This document shows positions 10,277-19,644 of a stretch of DNA of 64,000 bases, piece after piece. How positions within the stretch are numbered: the stretch's first letter is position 1; the number at the start of each line of letters is the position of its first letter. Origin of the DNA: Atopobium sp. (GTDB taxonomy: Bacteria; Actinomycetota; Coriobacteriia; Coriobacteriales; Atopobiaceae); NCBI GenBank assembly GCA_015258925.1, contig JABZHH010000002.1:7775-71774 (forward strand). The letters run 5' to 3'. The position numbers were made by a program, and so were the translations under genes. The notes under the pieces were generated by a model, which was given only the letters and a program-made list of their open reading frames with translations, ran no database searches and was not told where the DNA came from.

Positions 10277-11578
10277 ATGAGAAAGGTCACTACTATGGAT
10301 GTGTCTCGTCGCAGTTTTCTAAAGTTCTGTGGTCTAGGCGTTCTTAGCGTTGGTGGATCTAGCGTTCTTGCAGCTTGCGCACCTAGCGAGAAAAAAGAGG
10401 AAGGCGCTAAAGGTGCAAAGGTAGAGAACAAGGATAAGCCTGTTGTCTTCTTCAACCGTCAGCCTTCTAACAGCTCAACCGGTGAGCTTGATACCAACAC
10501 CCTTAACTTCAACAAGGACACCTATTACGTTGGCTTTGATGCAGTTCAGGGCGCAGAGCTCCAGGGCCAGATGGTTCTTGATTACATCAAGGCTCACGCA
10601 GCTGAGCTTGATCGTAACAAGGATGGCATCATTGGTTACGTTCTTGCAATTGGTGACATCGGTCACAACGACTCTATCGCTCGTACTCGTGGTGTCCGTA
10701 AGGCACTTGGTACTGGTGTTGAGAAGGACGGCAAGATTATTTCTGATCCAGTAGGCACCAACACTGACGGCTCCGCATCTGTTGTTCAGGATGGTAAGCT
10801 TGAGGTTGGCGGCAAGTCCTACACCATCCGTGAGCTTGCTTCTCAGGAGATGAAGAACACCGCTGGTGCAACATGGGATGCTGCAACCGCTGGTAACGCA
10901 ATTGCTGCTTGGTCTTCTTCCTTCGGCGATCAGATTGATGTTGTTGTTTCCAACAACGACGGTATGGGTATGTCCATCTTCAACGCATGGTCAAAGGCTC
11001 AGAAGGTCCCAACCTTTGGTTACGACGCTAACTCTGACGCAGTTGCAGCTATTGCTGACGGCTATGCAGGCACCATTTCCCAGCACCCAGATGTCCAGGC
11101 TTACCTGACACTCCGTCTGCTCCGCAACGCTCTTGACGGTGTTGACATCAACACCGGCATTGAGACTGCAGACGAAGCTGGCGACAAGATTGACTCCAAG
11201 GACTACAAGTATGTTGCAGATCAGCGTTCTTACTACGCTCTCAACCTTGCAGTTACCGCTGAGAACTACAAGGACAACCTTGACGCAACCACTCCTTACA
11301 AGGATGCTTCTGCTCAGCTGAGCGCAGACAAGCACCCAGAGAAGAAGGTTTGGCTCAACACCTACAACTCTGGCGACAACTTCCTTGGTTCAACCTATGT
11401 TCCACTGCTCAAGAAGTATGCTCCACTGCTCAACCTCAACGTTGAGTACATCGCAGGCGATGGCCAGACTGAGTCCAACATTACCAACCGTCTTGGCAAC
11501 CCTGACGAGTACGATGCATTTGCATTCAACATGGTTAAGACCGACAACGGTTCTTCCTATACCCAGCTGCTTAAGTAA
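10277..11578 (+). CDS. mglB: Galactose/glucose ABC transporter substrate-binding lipoprotein, circularly permuted MglB type (start may be ATG 10295)
   Basis: PVVFFN, YYVG.D, GH.D..ART, WD, NNDGM and FG.DA motifs; twin-Arg-like SRRSFLK and lipobox LAAC. Confidence 0.85.
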   Translation: MRKVTTMDVSRRSFLKFCGLGVLSVGGSSVLAACAPSEKKEEGAKGAKVENKDKPVVFFNRQPSNSSTGELDTNTLNFNKDTYYVGFDAVQGAELQGQMVLDYIKAHAAELDRNKDGIIGYVLAIGDIGHNDSIARTRGVRKALGTGVEKDGKIISDPVGTNTDGSASVVQDGKLEVGGKSYTIRELASQEMKNTAGATWDAATAGNAIAAWSSSFGDQIDVVVSNNDGMGMSIFNAWSKAQKVPTFGYDANSDAVAAIADGYAGTISQHPDVQAYLTLRLLRNALDGVDINTGIETADEAGDKIDSKDYKYVADQRSYYALNLAVTAENYKDNLDATTPYKDASAQLSADKHPEKKVWLNTYNSGDNFLGSTYVPLLKKYAPLLNLNVEYIAGDGQTESNITNRLGNPDEYDAFAFNMVKTDNGSSYTQLLK

Positions 11579-11604
11579 TTAAGTAGTCGATAGCACGAAA
11601 CAAT

Positions 11605-11635
11605 ACCGGAGGGGAGACACCTGCTCTCCTCCGGT
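11605..11635 (+). other. Intercistronic stem-loop between mglB and mglA (mRNA stabiliser or partial terminator)
   Basis: ACCGGAGGGGAG...CTCTCCTCCGGT inverted repeat without a strong U-tail. Confidence 0.6.
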
Positions 11636-11682
11636 GTTCTCGCGAATAAGCGCAATAACTTAGCGAGATAAGGGGTGATTAC

Positions 11683-13191
11683 ATGGCAGATACAGAAAAC
11701 GATATCGTTCTAACAATTGATGGAATGAGCAAGTCCTTTGGACGTAACCGCGTTCTGGATCACATTTCAATGAACGTACGCCGTGGAACCGTTATGGGTC
11801 TTATGGGAGAGAACGGCGCAGGCAAATCTACCATGATGAAGTGCCTGTTTGGTACGTATCAAAAAGATGAAGGCAAGATATTTCTTGACGGCAAAGAGGT
11901 TAGTTTCTCTGGACCAAAAGACGCACTTGAGAATGGCGTCGCAATGGTTCACCAGGAGCTTAACCAGTGCCTTGATAGAAATGTTGTAGATAACTTGTTC
12001 CTTGGTCGCTATCCCGTTAATGCAATGGGTGTTGTCGACGAGGGACGCATGAAAAAAGAAGCTAATGAGCTCTTCAGGCGTCTTGGTATGACTGTAGACC
12101 TGACACAGCCTATGAAGAACATGTCAGTATCTCAGCGTCAGATGTGCGAGATTGCAAAGGCAATTTCTTACAACGCTAAGATTATTGTTCTTGATGAGCC
12201 TACTTCTTCGCTTATGACTCAAGAGGTCGAGAAACTCTTTGAGATGATTCGTATGCTCAAAGAGCAGGGAATTTCTTTGGTCTACATCTCTCACAAGATG
12301 GATGAGATCTTTGAGATTTGCGACGACATTTCAGTTCTTCGTGACGGCAAGCTTGTTATGACCAAGCGCTCTGATGAGACCAACATGAATGAACTTATCT
12401 CTGCAATGGTTGGCCGCTCACTTGAAAATCGCTTCCCAGATGTTACTAACACACCTGGTAAGACGTATCTTTCTATTCAGCACCTTTCAACTAAATATGA
12501 ACCATACCTTCAGGACGTCACCTTTGATGTAAAGAAGGGTGAGATCTTTGGTCTGTATGGTCTTGTCGGCGCCGGTAGAACAGAGCTTCTTGAGACAATC
12601 TTTGGTGTAAGAACCAGAGCTGCAGGTCGTGTCTACGTCAACGGGCACCTTATGAACTTCTCGACAGCTGCAGAGGCAATGGATCACGGCTTTGCCATGA
12701 TTACCGAGGAGCGTAAAGCAAACGGCCTGTTCCTTAAGGGCGATCTGACGTTTAACACAACCATTGCAAACTTGAATCAGTACAAGTCTGGTCCAATCCT
12801 TTCTGATCCTAAGATGACTAAGGCTACCGTCAACGAGCTCAAGGTTATGAACACCAAGGCTCAGGGTCCATCAGATTTGATTTCAAGTCTTTCTGGTGGC
12901 AATCAGCAGAAGGTCATTTTTGGTAAGTGGCTCGAGCGCTATCCTCAGGTTTTCCTGATGGACGAGCCTACTCGTGGTATTGATGTTGGTGCTAAATATG
13001 AGATCTACCAGCTCATTATTGATATGGCTAAGAGCGGTACCACTATTATCGTAGTCTCTTCGGAGATGCCAGAGATTTTGGGAATTACCAACCGTATTGG
13101 CGTTATGTCCAACGGCAGGCTCTCGGGCATCGTAAATACCAACGAGACAAATCAAGAAGAACTCCTGCGCCTCAGCGCAAAGTACCTGTAG
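11683..13191 (+). CDS. mglA: Sugar ABC transporter ATP-binding protein with two nucleotide-binding domains
   Basis: GENGAGKST, LDEPT, GLVGAGRTE, LSGGNQQK and DEPTRGIDVGAK. Confidence 0.92.
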   Translation: MADTENDIVLTIDGMSKSFGRNRVLDHISMNVRRGTVMGLMGENGAGKSTMMKCLFGTYQKDEGKIFLDGKEVSFSGPKDALENGVAMVHQELNQCLDRNVVDNLFLGRYPVNAMGVVDEGRMKKEANELFRRLGMTVDLTQPMKNMSVSQRQMCEIAKAISYNAKIIVLDEPTSSLMTQEVEKLFEMIRMLKEQGISLVYISHKMDEIFEICDDISVLRDGKLVMTKRSDETNMNELISAMVGRSLENRFPDVTNTPGKTYLSIQHLSTKYEPYLQDVTFDVKKGEIFGLYGLVGAGRTELLETIFGVRTRAAGRVYVNGHLMNFSTAAEAMDHGFAMITEERKANGLFLKGDLTFNTTIANLNQYKSGPILSDPKMTKATVNELKVMNTKAQGPSDLISSLSGGNQQKVIFGKWLERYPQVFLMDEPTRGIDVGAKYEIYQLIIDMAKSGTTIIVVSSEMPEILGITNRIGVMSNGRLSGIVNTNETNQEELLRLSAKYL

Positions 13192-13197
13192 GAGAGG

Positions 13198-14862
13198 ATG
13201 ATACAAATGCCAAAAACAGGTGGATCTGTTCTGACGGCCGAGCAGGAAAAAGAGCTGCTAAAGCCTATTGATCAGAAGATTGGTTCCATTCAGGCTCAGA
13301 TTGATGAGCTTCGCGCAAATGGTACCAACAAAGTAATTTCAACACTGAGCGCTATTGAATCAACAAAGCGCGATAAGTCTATCTCTGCTGAAGAGCGCAA
13401 TACGCTTATTGAGGGCTACAAGGCTGAGCTGGAGCTTGCAAAGAAGGTTGAGTCCGAGAACAGCGCTCAGGTCTCCAAGCTTATTGCAGAGGCCGAGGCT
13501 TATCTCAAGGAGCACTACAAGAGCGAGTATCTTGAGCCAGTTAAGGCAAGCTGTGTCGTAGAGAAGGAGCAGGCTAAGCAGAATTACGCTGCTGCTCTTG
13601 AGCGCCTCAAGAAAGAGCATGAAGAGGCTGTCAGCAAGACTTCTGATGCTCAGGAAATCAAGGACGAGAAATACGTCTATAAGAACCGCCAGTTCGACGC
13701 TAAGGTCAACTATCAGAAGGATCTTCAGCGCATCAAAGACCGCGCTCATAATGCGTTTAGTCATGAGTATCACCTCATCGACCTTCTCAGGATGTCTAAG
13801 TTCACTCCACTGGAGTCTCAGGCTCAGAAGTGGGAGAACTACAAGTACACCTTTAACACCCGTTCATTCTTGCTTCAGAACGGCCTGTACATTGTTATTC
13901 TTCTGGTATTTATTGCCCTTTGTATCATTACCCCAGCAGTTAAGGGCACTCAGCTTCTGACATACTCCAACGTCATCAACATTCTTCAGCAGGCATCTCC
14001 TCGAATGTTCCTGGCTCTTGGTGTAGCTGGATTGATTCTGCTTACCGGTACTGACCTGTCTATTGGTCGTATGGTTGGTATGGGCATGACCGCTTCAACC
14101 ATCATCATGCACCAGGGCATCAATACTGGCCAGGTCTTTGGTATCACTTTTGATTTTACTGGTGTTCCAATTCCTGTCAGAATCATCATGGCTCTGGTTA
14201 CCTGTATTGTCCTGTGCACCTGCTTTACCAGTATCGCTGGCTTCTTTACCGCTAAGTTTAAGATGCACCCATTCATCTCGACCATGGCTAACATGCTGAT
14301 TATCTTTGGTATTGTTACCTATGCAACAAAGGGTGTTTCATTCGGCGCTATTGAGCCATCCATTCCAGACATGGTTATTCCACGAATTGGTAAATTCCCA
14401 TCCATCATTTTGTGGGCAATCGCAGCTATCGCCATTGTTTGGTTCATCTGGAACAAGACTACCTTTGGTAAGAACCTCTACGCTGTAGGTGGAAACCCTG
14501 AGGCAGCAGCTGTTTCTGGTATTTCAGTCTTTAGAGTTATGGTTGGCGCCTTTGTCATGGCTGGTATCCTCTATGGATTTGGTTCATGGCTCGAGTGCAT
14601 GCGTATGGTCGGCTCCGGCTCTGCAGCTTACGGACAGGGTTGGGACATGGACGCAATCGCAGCCTGCGTTGTTGGTGGTGTTTCATTCACCGGTGGTATT
14701 GGTAAGATCTCTGGCGTTACCGTGGGTGTTCTCATCTTCACCGCACTGACTTACGCTCTGACCATTCTTGGTATCGACACCAACCTGCAGTTTGTCTTCT
14801 CGGGCGTCATTATTCTGACCGCTGTCACTCTTGACTGCCTGAAGTACGTCCAGAAGAAGTAG
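13198..14862 (+). CDS. mglC: Galactoside ABC transporter permease with a long N-terminal coiled-coil extension
   Basis: GTDLSIGR, PFISTM, YAVGGNPEAAAVSGI and DAIAACVVGGVSF motifs; about 220 charged N-terminal residues. Confidence 0.88.
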   Translation: MIQMPKTGGSVLTAEQEKELLKPIDQKIGSIQAQIDELRANGTNKVISTLSAIESTKRDKSISAEERNTLIEGYKAELELAKKVESENSAQVSKLIAEAEAYLKEHYKSEYLEPVKASCVVEKEQAKQNYAAALERLKKEHEEAVSKTSDAQEIKDEKYVYKNRQFDAKVNYQKDLQRIKDRAHNAFSHEYHLIDLLRMSKFTPLESQAQKWENYKYTFNTRSFLLQNGLYIVILLVFIALCIITPAVKGTQLLTYSNVINILQQASPRMFLALGVAGLILLTGTDLSIGRMVGMGMTASTIIMHQGINTGQVFGITFDFTGVPIPVRIIMALVTCIVLCTCFTSIAGFFTAKFKMHPFISTMANMLIIFGIVTYATKGVSFGAIEPSIPDMVIPRIGKFPSIILWAIAAIAIVWFIWNKTTFGKNLYAVGGNPEAAAVSGISVFRVMVGAFVMAGILYGFGSWLECMRMVGSGSAAYGQGWDMDAIAACVVGGVSFTGGIGKISGVTVGVLIFTALTYALTILGIDTNLQFVFSGVIILTAVTLDCLKYVQKK

Positions 14863-14884
14863 TCCACTACTACGTGCAAGTTTC

Positions 14885-14916
14885 GAGGCGTCTACTTACG
14901 TAGACGCCTCTTTTTT
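14885..14916 (+). terminator. Rho-independent terminator of mglBAC
   Basis: GAGGCGTCTAC-ttac-GTAGACGCCTC followed by TTTTTT. Confidence 0.9.
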
Positions 14917-15029
14917 CGGCAAAAAACGGTGCCTGCACGTTAAGGAAAAGTGGCTTTACGGGGAAATTACAAAGCAGCTGGTAAACTAAGGTATCTCTTC
15001 GGACATATGTCCTTTTATGATTTTCGCAC

Positions 15030-15259
15030 CACACCTATGACAGATAATCTGCAAAAATTGGCGAGAAAAGCACACCTAAGGCTGATATTCTGCAGATTTA
15101 GAGAGAAATAACACACCTATGACAGAAAATATGTTAACTATCGACAGATTATTTGACTTTGGTGTGCTTGGGTTTCTCGATACATGCAGATTATCAGTTA
15201 TAGGTGTGGTCAGAGCATTGAGCGGAGCTATTTCCGACAGATTATCCGACATAGGTGTG
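15030..15259. repeat. Mirror array of six degenerate 24-bp repeats (consensus about CACACCTATGACNGATAATCTGYM), three forward and three reverse
   Basis: Forward copies start at 15030, 15071 and 15112 (41-bp period); reverse copies end at 15166, 15208 and 15259. Confidence 0.85.
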
Positions 15260-15353
15260 CTAGAAGAGTTAACCAGATTCCACATCCAACAGAATATCCG
15301 TCTCTACGGAGCTTATACTTTTTTTAACTGTCGCAGGCTGCTGGTTTGGCGGT

Positions 15354-15388
15354 AAAAAACAAGAGGACCGATCTTCTCGGCCCTCTTG
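15354..15388 (-). terminator. Rho-independent terminator of galM-galK-galT
   Basis: On the - strand CAAGAGGGCCGA-gaaga-TCGGTCCTCTTG-TTTTTT; the one non-Watson-Crick position is a G-U pair only in this orientation. Confidence 0.8.
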
Positions 15389-15493
15389 CTGGGTGATTTA
15401 TGCGATTGCGAGATACGCTGTAGCTCGCGGTACGCTGAAGTTCGTGGCTCGCTGCAGCTGCACTGTGCAGCAACCCGCTGCGGATAGCAGCGA

Positions 15494-17113
15494 CTACAGA
15501 GACTCGAGGAAGCGATGTTGCGCGACTCGTCCTTCTTCGTCCCACTTGAATACGCCGGCGTCTTCAAGGACGTGCGAGAAGACAATACCAACCTCGTCGT
15601 AGATGTACTTCTTGAGCTGCTCGGACGAGAGGGAAGCGTTGCCCTTGCTGGATCCGTCACCCTGTTCAAGCAACTTAGCGTAAATCTGGCGTGCCCAGTC
15701 GGCGTGGGAGATGGTGGTAGAATCCGTGGTCAGCTGACCGTAGACGGCATTGGCTTTCTTGTCATTTGCCAGGCACTGCTCCATAACCGACTGAACTTTG
15801 TTGAGCTCTGGCACAAGGCGAGGAGGAAGTACAGCAAGGCCCATGACCTCGATGAGGCCGATATTCTCTTTCTTGATGTGGTGATACTCGGCATGAGGAT
15901 GGAAGATGCCAAGCGGATGCTTTTCGCTGGTAATGTTGCAGCGCAATGCAAGAAAGACCTCGTAGATGTCATCTTCCAGCTTGCGAACAACAGGAGTAAC
16001 CGTGTTGTGGAGCTCGTCATCAGTTTGCGCGTAAACAGAGACGGATTCGTCGGTATAGCCGCGCCATGCAGTGATGATAAACTCCGCAGCCTTGAGTGCT
16101 TCTTCTCGACTGGTGGAGGAGAGGCGGAGGACAGAGAGTGGCCACTTAAGAATTGCGCCCGCTACCTCGGGGAACTGCTTGAGTTCAAACTCTTCTGCAA
16201 CTTCCGCACGCATCATAGGGAACTCGTAACGTCCGCCCTGGTAGTGATCGTGCGAGAGAATCGATCCACCAACAATAGGCAGGTCGGCATTGGAGCCAAT
16301 AAAGTAGTGGGGGAATCTGTCCACAAAGTCAAAGAGATTGACGAGCGCCTCGTGATCAATGTGCATAGGAATGTGATCCGAGTTCATGGCAATGCAGTGC
16401 TCGTTAAAGTACGCGTATGGACTGTACTGGAATCCCCAACGATGCTGGTTGAGCTCAATAGGGATGATGCGCAGGTTTTGTCTGGCAGGATGAGCACCTG
16501 CGCCAGACGAAGCGCCGCGTCCGGAGTAGCCCTCGTTATCCAGGCAGAGCTGGCATGCGGGGTACTTCTCGCCAGAAGTGTTTTGAGATGTTTTAGCTGC
16601 TGCAATCTCACGAGGATCTTTTTCTGGCTTGGAGAGATTGATGGTAATCTCAAGATCTCCCCAGGTAGTTGGCGTAGTCCAGGTAATGTTTCTGGCAATG
16701 GCGCTTCTTCTGACATAGCCAGCATCACAGCAGAGTGTGTAGAACCAGTCAGTTGCAGCACGAGGTCCCTCAGAAGCGTACAACTCGTTGAAATGGCGTG
16801 CGACCTCGGAAGGCTTTGGCAGCAGAAGACCCATAACGCGCATAGCAAAAGAGTCCTCGCCACTCTGGGTGTTCTCGACAAGTCCATGAGAAACAGCTAG
16901 ACGAGCAAGCTCGGCCAGCGTCTGATCAAGATTAAACGCCGTCAGGTCAATCTTCTCCCAAGACTTAACGGGAGCTGGACCTTCGTACGAGAGCATATCC
17001 AGCAGAGCGTTATAGCACCAGGTCAGATCCTCAGTTTGAATAAGTCCGCGCTCGCATGCATACGCAACAAGCTGCTGAATGCACAGCGCGCTCTCGTTAT
17101 CTGCTACAGCCAT
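15494..17113 (-). CDS. galT: Galactose-1-phosphate uridylyltransferase (type II, Gram-positive type)
   Basis: LEITINLSKPEKDP, YP.C.LC, HPARQNLR, QYSPY.YFNEH, GSNADLPIVGGSILSHDHYQGG and HHIKKENIGLIEVMGLA; the ATG overlaps the end of galK. Confidence 0.95.
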   Translation of the reverse strand: MAVADNESALCIQQLVAYACERGLIQTEDLTWCYNALLDMLSYEGPAPVKSWEKIDLTAFNLDQTLAELARLAVSHGLVENTQSGEDSFAMRVMGLLLPKPSEVARHFNELYASEGPRAATDWFYTLCCDAGYVRRSAIARNITWTTPTTWGDLEITINLSKPEKDPREIAAAKTSQNTSGEKYPACQLCLDNEGYSGRGASSGAGAHPARQNLRIIPIELNQHRWGFQYSPYAYFNEHCIAMNSDHIPMHIDHEALVNLFDFVDRFPHYFIGSNADLPIVGGSILSHDHYQGGRYEFPMMRAEVAEEFELKQFPEVAGAILKWPLSVLRLSSTSREEALKAAEFIITAWRGYTDESVSVYAQTDDELHNTVTPVVRKLEDDIYEVFLALRCNITSEKHPLGIFHPHAEYHHIKKENIGLIEVMGLAVLPPRLVPELNKVQSVMEQCLANDKKANAVYGQLTTDSTTISHADWARQIYAKLLEQGDGSSKGNASLSSEQLKKYIYDEVGIVFSHVLEDAGVFKWDEEGRVAQHRFLESL

Positions 17114-18315
17114 TGTGCACAAGCTCCCTGGTCAGAGATGGCGTAGTGGCGGCAAGCACCTTCGCCAAACCACTGGTTCATTTGTGCGATAAAGGTCTCG
17201 ACAAGGGCGAGAGGAACAAAGCACTGGATAGAGCCGCCAAAACCGCCGCCGTGAATGCGAACGGCGCCAGAACCTTTTAAGATGCTCTCAGCCAAGCCAA
17301 GGGCAAGCATGGCCGGCTGATACGAGCCAGAAGTAGAGACGTTCTGCAGGTACATACCGGAGCTTGCACCGGAAGCGTTGGTGAGTGCGATAAAGGACTC
17401 AATATCAGAGTTCTGAAGATCTGCCCAGCGCTTATCTACCAGGTCATTTTCGTACCAGTAGTGAATAGCACGGAGAAGAGCGCGGTCTCCAAGATCTTCT
17501 CGCAGCTCATTGACGTGAGCTTGAAAGTCTTCAACGGGAACCTCAGAGAGGCGAGTCTTGCCAAAGGCCGCGGCAACTTTCTGCATCTCAACAGGAACAG
17601 CGGCATACTCATCAGTGAATGCAACATGATCGCAACCAACGTCAACAAGGCAGAGTGCATAGCCGTAATCCTCAAAGTTGAGGTCCAGCTTTTCTGCCTT
17701 GGGCTCTGCGGGATCTTCAAAGTTCATGAAGGCAAGGCCGCCAAGGCAAACAGCGAGCTGATCCATAAGACCGCACGGCTTACCAAAGTAAACGTTTTCT
17801 GTGTTCTGGCTCATTTGGGCAAGTTTTACAGCAGAAATCTCGCTGCCACCTTCCCAGAAAGCTTCCATTGCACGGCCGACTGCAGCCTCAAACGCAGCAG
17901 AGGAAGAAAGTCCACCGCCACCAGGAACATTGCTAACTACTGCCATGTCAAAGCCGTATGGCTCAAAACCAAGTTTGACCAGGTTTGCTGCCATACCGCG
18001 AACAATAGCCTTAGTGCTCAGATACTCAGCTTCGGTGGGCTCAAGATTTGTGTAGTCAACCTCAAAAGGATCATATCCCACGCTGGCTACACGAATAACG
18101 CCCAGGTTGTTAGGGGCGCAAATTGCATCAATAGCAACGTCTAGGGCACCAGCGATGACATGACCGCCCTCGTGATCTGTGTGGTTTCCTGCAATCTCGG
18201 AGCGACCAGGCGCGTGTACCGCAAGATAGCGGTCAGCTTTTCCAAACATTTGCTCAAAGTGCTCTTTTGCGCGATTGAGCTGAGCTGTGGTTTTCTCGTC
18301 AAACGTGTGAGCCAT
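17104..18315 (-). CDS. galK: Galactokinase
   Basis: APGRSEIAGNHTDH, PGGGGLSSSAA, CGLMDQ and RIHGGGFGG (GHMP kinase). Confidence 0.95.
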   Translation of the reverse strand: MAHTFDEKTTAQLNRAKEHFEQMFGKADRYLAVHAPGRSEIAGNHTDHEGGHVIAGALDVAIDAICAPNNLGVIRVASVGYDPFEVDYTNLEPTEAEYLSTKAIVRGMAANLVKLGFEPYGFDMAVVSNVPGGGGLSSSAAFEAAVGRAMEAFWEGGSEISAVKLAQMSQNTENVYFGKPCGLMDQLAVCLGGLAFMNFEDPAEPKAEKLDLNFEDYGYALCLVDVGCDHVAFTDEYAAVPVEMQKVAAAFGKTRLSEVPVEDFQAHVNELREDLGDRALLRAIHYWYENDLVDKRWADLQNSDIESFIALTNASGASSGMYLQNVSTSGSYQPAMLALGLAESILKGSGAVRIHGGGFGGSIQCFVPLALVETFIAQMNQWFGEGACRHYAISDQGACAQWL

Positions 18316-18355
18316 GGTGTTCCTTTCCCTTTAGTGCCGTGAAGCTACAGGTACC

Positions 18356-19414
18356 TTAAAAGAATCGATAAACAATTTGCGAGCTGTAAGGCTGCTCAGG
18401 CGTGCAGGTAGGCTGAGGCCACTCTGCATGGTGAGCACAATCTGGATAAAACTCGCTCTCAAATGCAAAACCAGCGTGAGGCTTGTAAATAGCGCCGTCT
18501 TTTGCGCGAGCCTCATCAATCCAGTTGCCGGTATACAGATGGGCGCCAGGAGCGGTAATTTGAATTTCTAGTGAGCGTCCGCTTTCTGATGTGGCGAGAA
18601 GGGCGGGGCGTAGCTGGCCATTTTCATAGTTAGTAATAGCGAAGCAGTGATCATAACCGCGAGCAATTTTGAGCTGCTCATTATCTGCGTCAAGATCTTT
18701 GCCAATGGTCTTAGGTGTGCGGAAATCAAAAGGAGTTCCTGCAACAGAGTCTACGGTTCCTGCAGAAACTGAGTCATCTCGTAGAGGCAGATATGAATCT
18801 GCTTGGATAGTAAGTTGGTGACCAAGAACATCACCAGAATCATGACCGTTGAGGTTAAAGTAGACATGGTTGGTCATGTTTACAAAAGTTGCAGCATCAG
18901 TTGTGCAGGTATACGTAAGATTTAGCGTTGACTGTGAGTCTTCTTCAACAAGCGTATAGGCCGCAGTAATATGACGGTTTCCTGGCAGTCCATATTCTCC
19001 ATCTACCAGGTCAATGCTAAAGGTTACCGTATTATGCGCTTCATCAATTTCTGCCTGCCAAATGCGCTTATGGATACCAGCAACTAAATCAGTGTGCAGG
19101 TTATTTTGATTGTCTGGACCGTTGTTTTTAGGAAGGTGATAGACAACTCCATTAAGCGGGATTTCTGCTTTATCTGCTCGATTAGCAGAAGGTCCAATGG
19201 ATGCGCCAAAGCAGGCGGGGTTATCTAAATATAAGTCAAACAAGCCATAGCCAAGAACGACATCTGCTTGCGTGCCATAGATATCTGGTACAGAAATGCC
19301 AAGAATGGTTGCACCAAAATTACTCAATTTAACTGCTGAATGAGCGCCGCGAATAGTATAGGTAAGCGCAGCAGGGGAGTTAACAAAACTATCAAAAGGT
19401 CGAACATCAATCAT
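18356..19414 (-). CDS. galM: Aldose 1-epimerase (galactose mutarotase)
   Basis: DVVLGY, NMTNHVYFNL, GYDHCF and LYTGN motifs; GGAGG RBS before ATG 19414. Confidence 0.93.
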   Translation of the reverse strand: MIDVRPFDSFVNSPAALTYTIRGAHSAVKLSNFGATILGISVPDIYGTQADVVLGYGLFDLYLDNPACFGASIGPSANRADKAEIPLNGVVYHLPKNNGPDNQNNLHTDLVAGIHKRIWQAEIDEAHNTVTFSIDLVDGEYGLPGNRHITAAYTLVEEDSQSTLNLTYTCTTDAATFVNMTNHVYFNLNGHDSGDVLGHQLTIQADSYLPLRDDSVSAGTVDSVAGTPFDFRTPKTIGKDLDADNEQLKIARGYDHCFAITNYENGQLRPALLATSESGRSLEIQITAPGAHLYTGNWIDEARAKDGAIYKPHAGFAFESEFYPDCAHHAEWPQPTCTPEQPYSSQIVYRFF

Positions 19415-19457
19415 CGGATACCTCCGAGATACCACTCATAGTGCATTACCCCTACTA

Positions 19458-19472
19458 TGTTAACGTACTCAT
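19458..19472. promoter_or_regulatory. Putative LacI-family operator upstream of galM
   Basis: TGTTAACGTACTCAT, identical to the site upstream of mglB. Confidence 0.75.
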
Positions 19473-19644
19473 AACGAACTAACAGGAAATTATTAAGTTT
19501 TCAGTCAGTGGTATTTTTGCGGGGGCAAACGGTTAGAGCGCAGGTCAAAAGTCCTTCTCGCCGAACGGTTCTTTTTTTACCGTGAGCGTTTAATTTGCTG
19601 ATAAATATGCAATTTTATCGCGTTATGTCAATCTGCCTGTTAGT

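Noticed and set aside
15030..15259. CRISPR array interpretation of the 24-bp repeats
   Set aside because: The repeats are degenerate and switch orientation midway, the spacers are only about 17-27 nt, and there are no cas genes in the window.
15076..15355. Small ORFs 15076-15285 (-) and 15119-15355 (+)
   Set aside because: They run across the repeat array, with no clear RBS or recognisable domain; probably by-products of the repeats.
15515..16900. 461-aa ORF on the + strand
   Set aside because: Antisense shadow of galT with no protein motifs.
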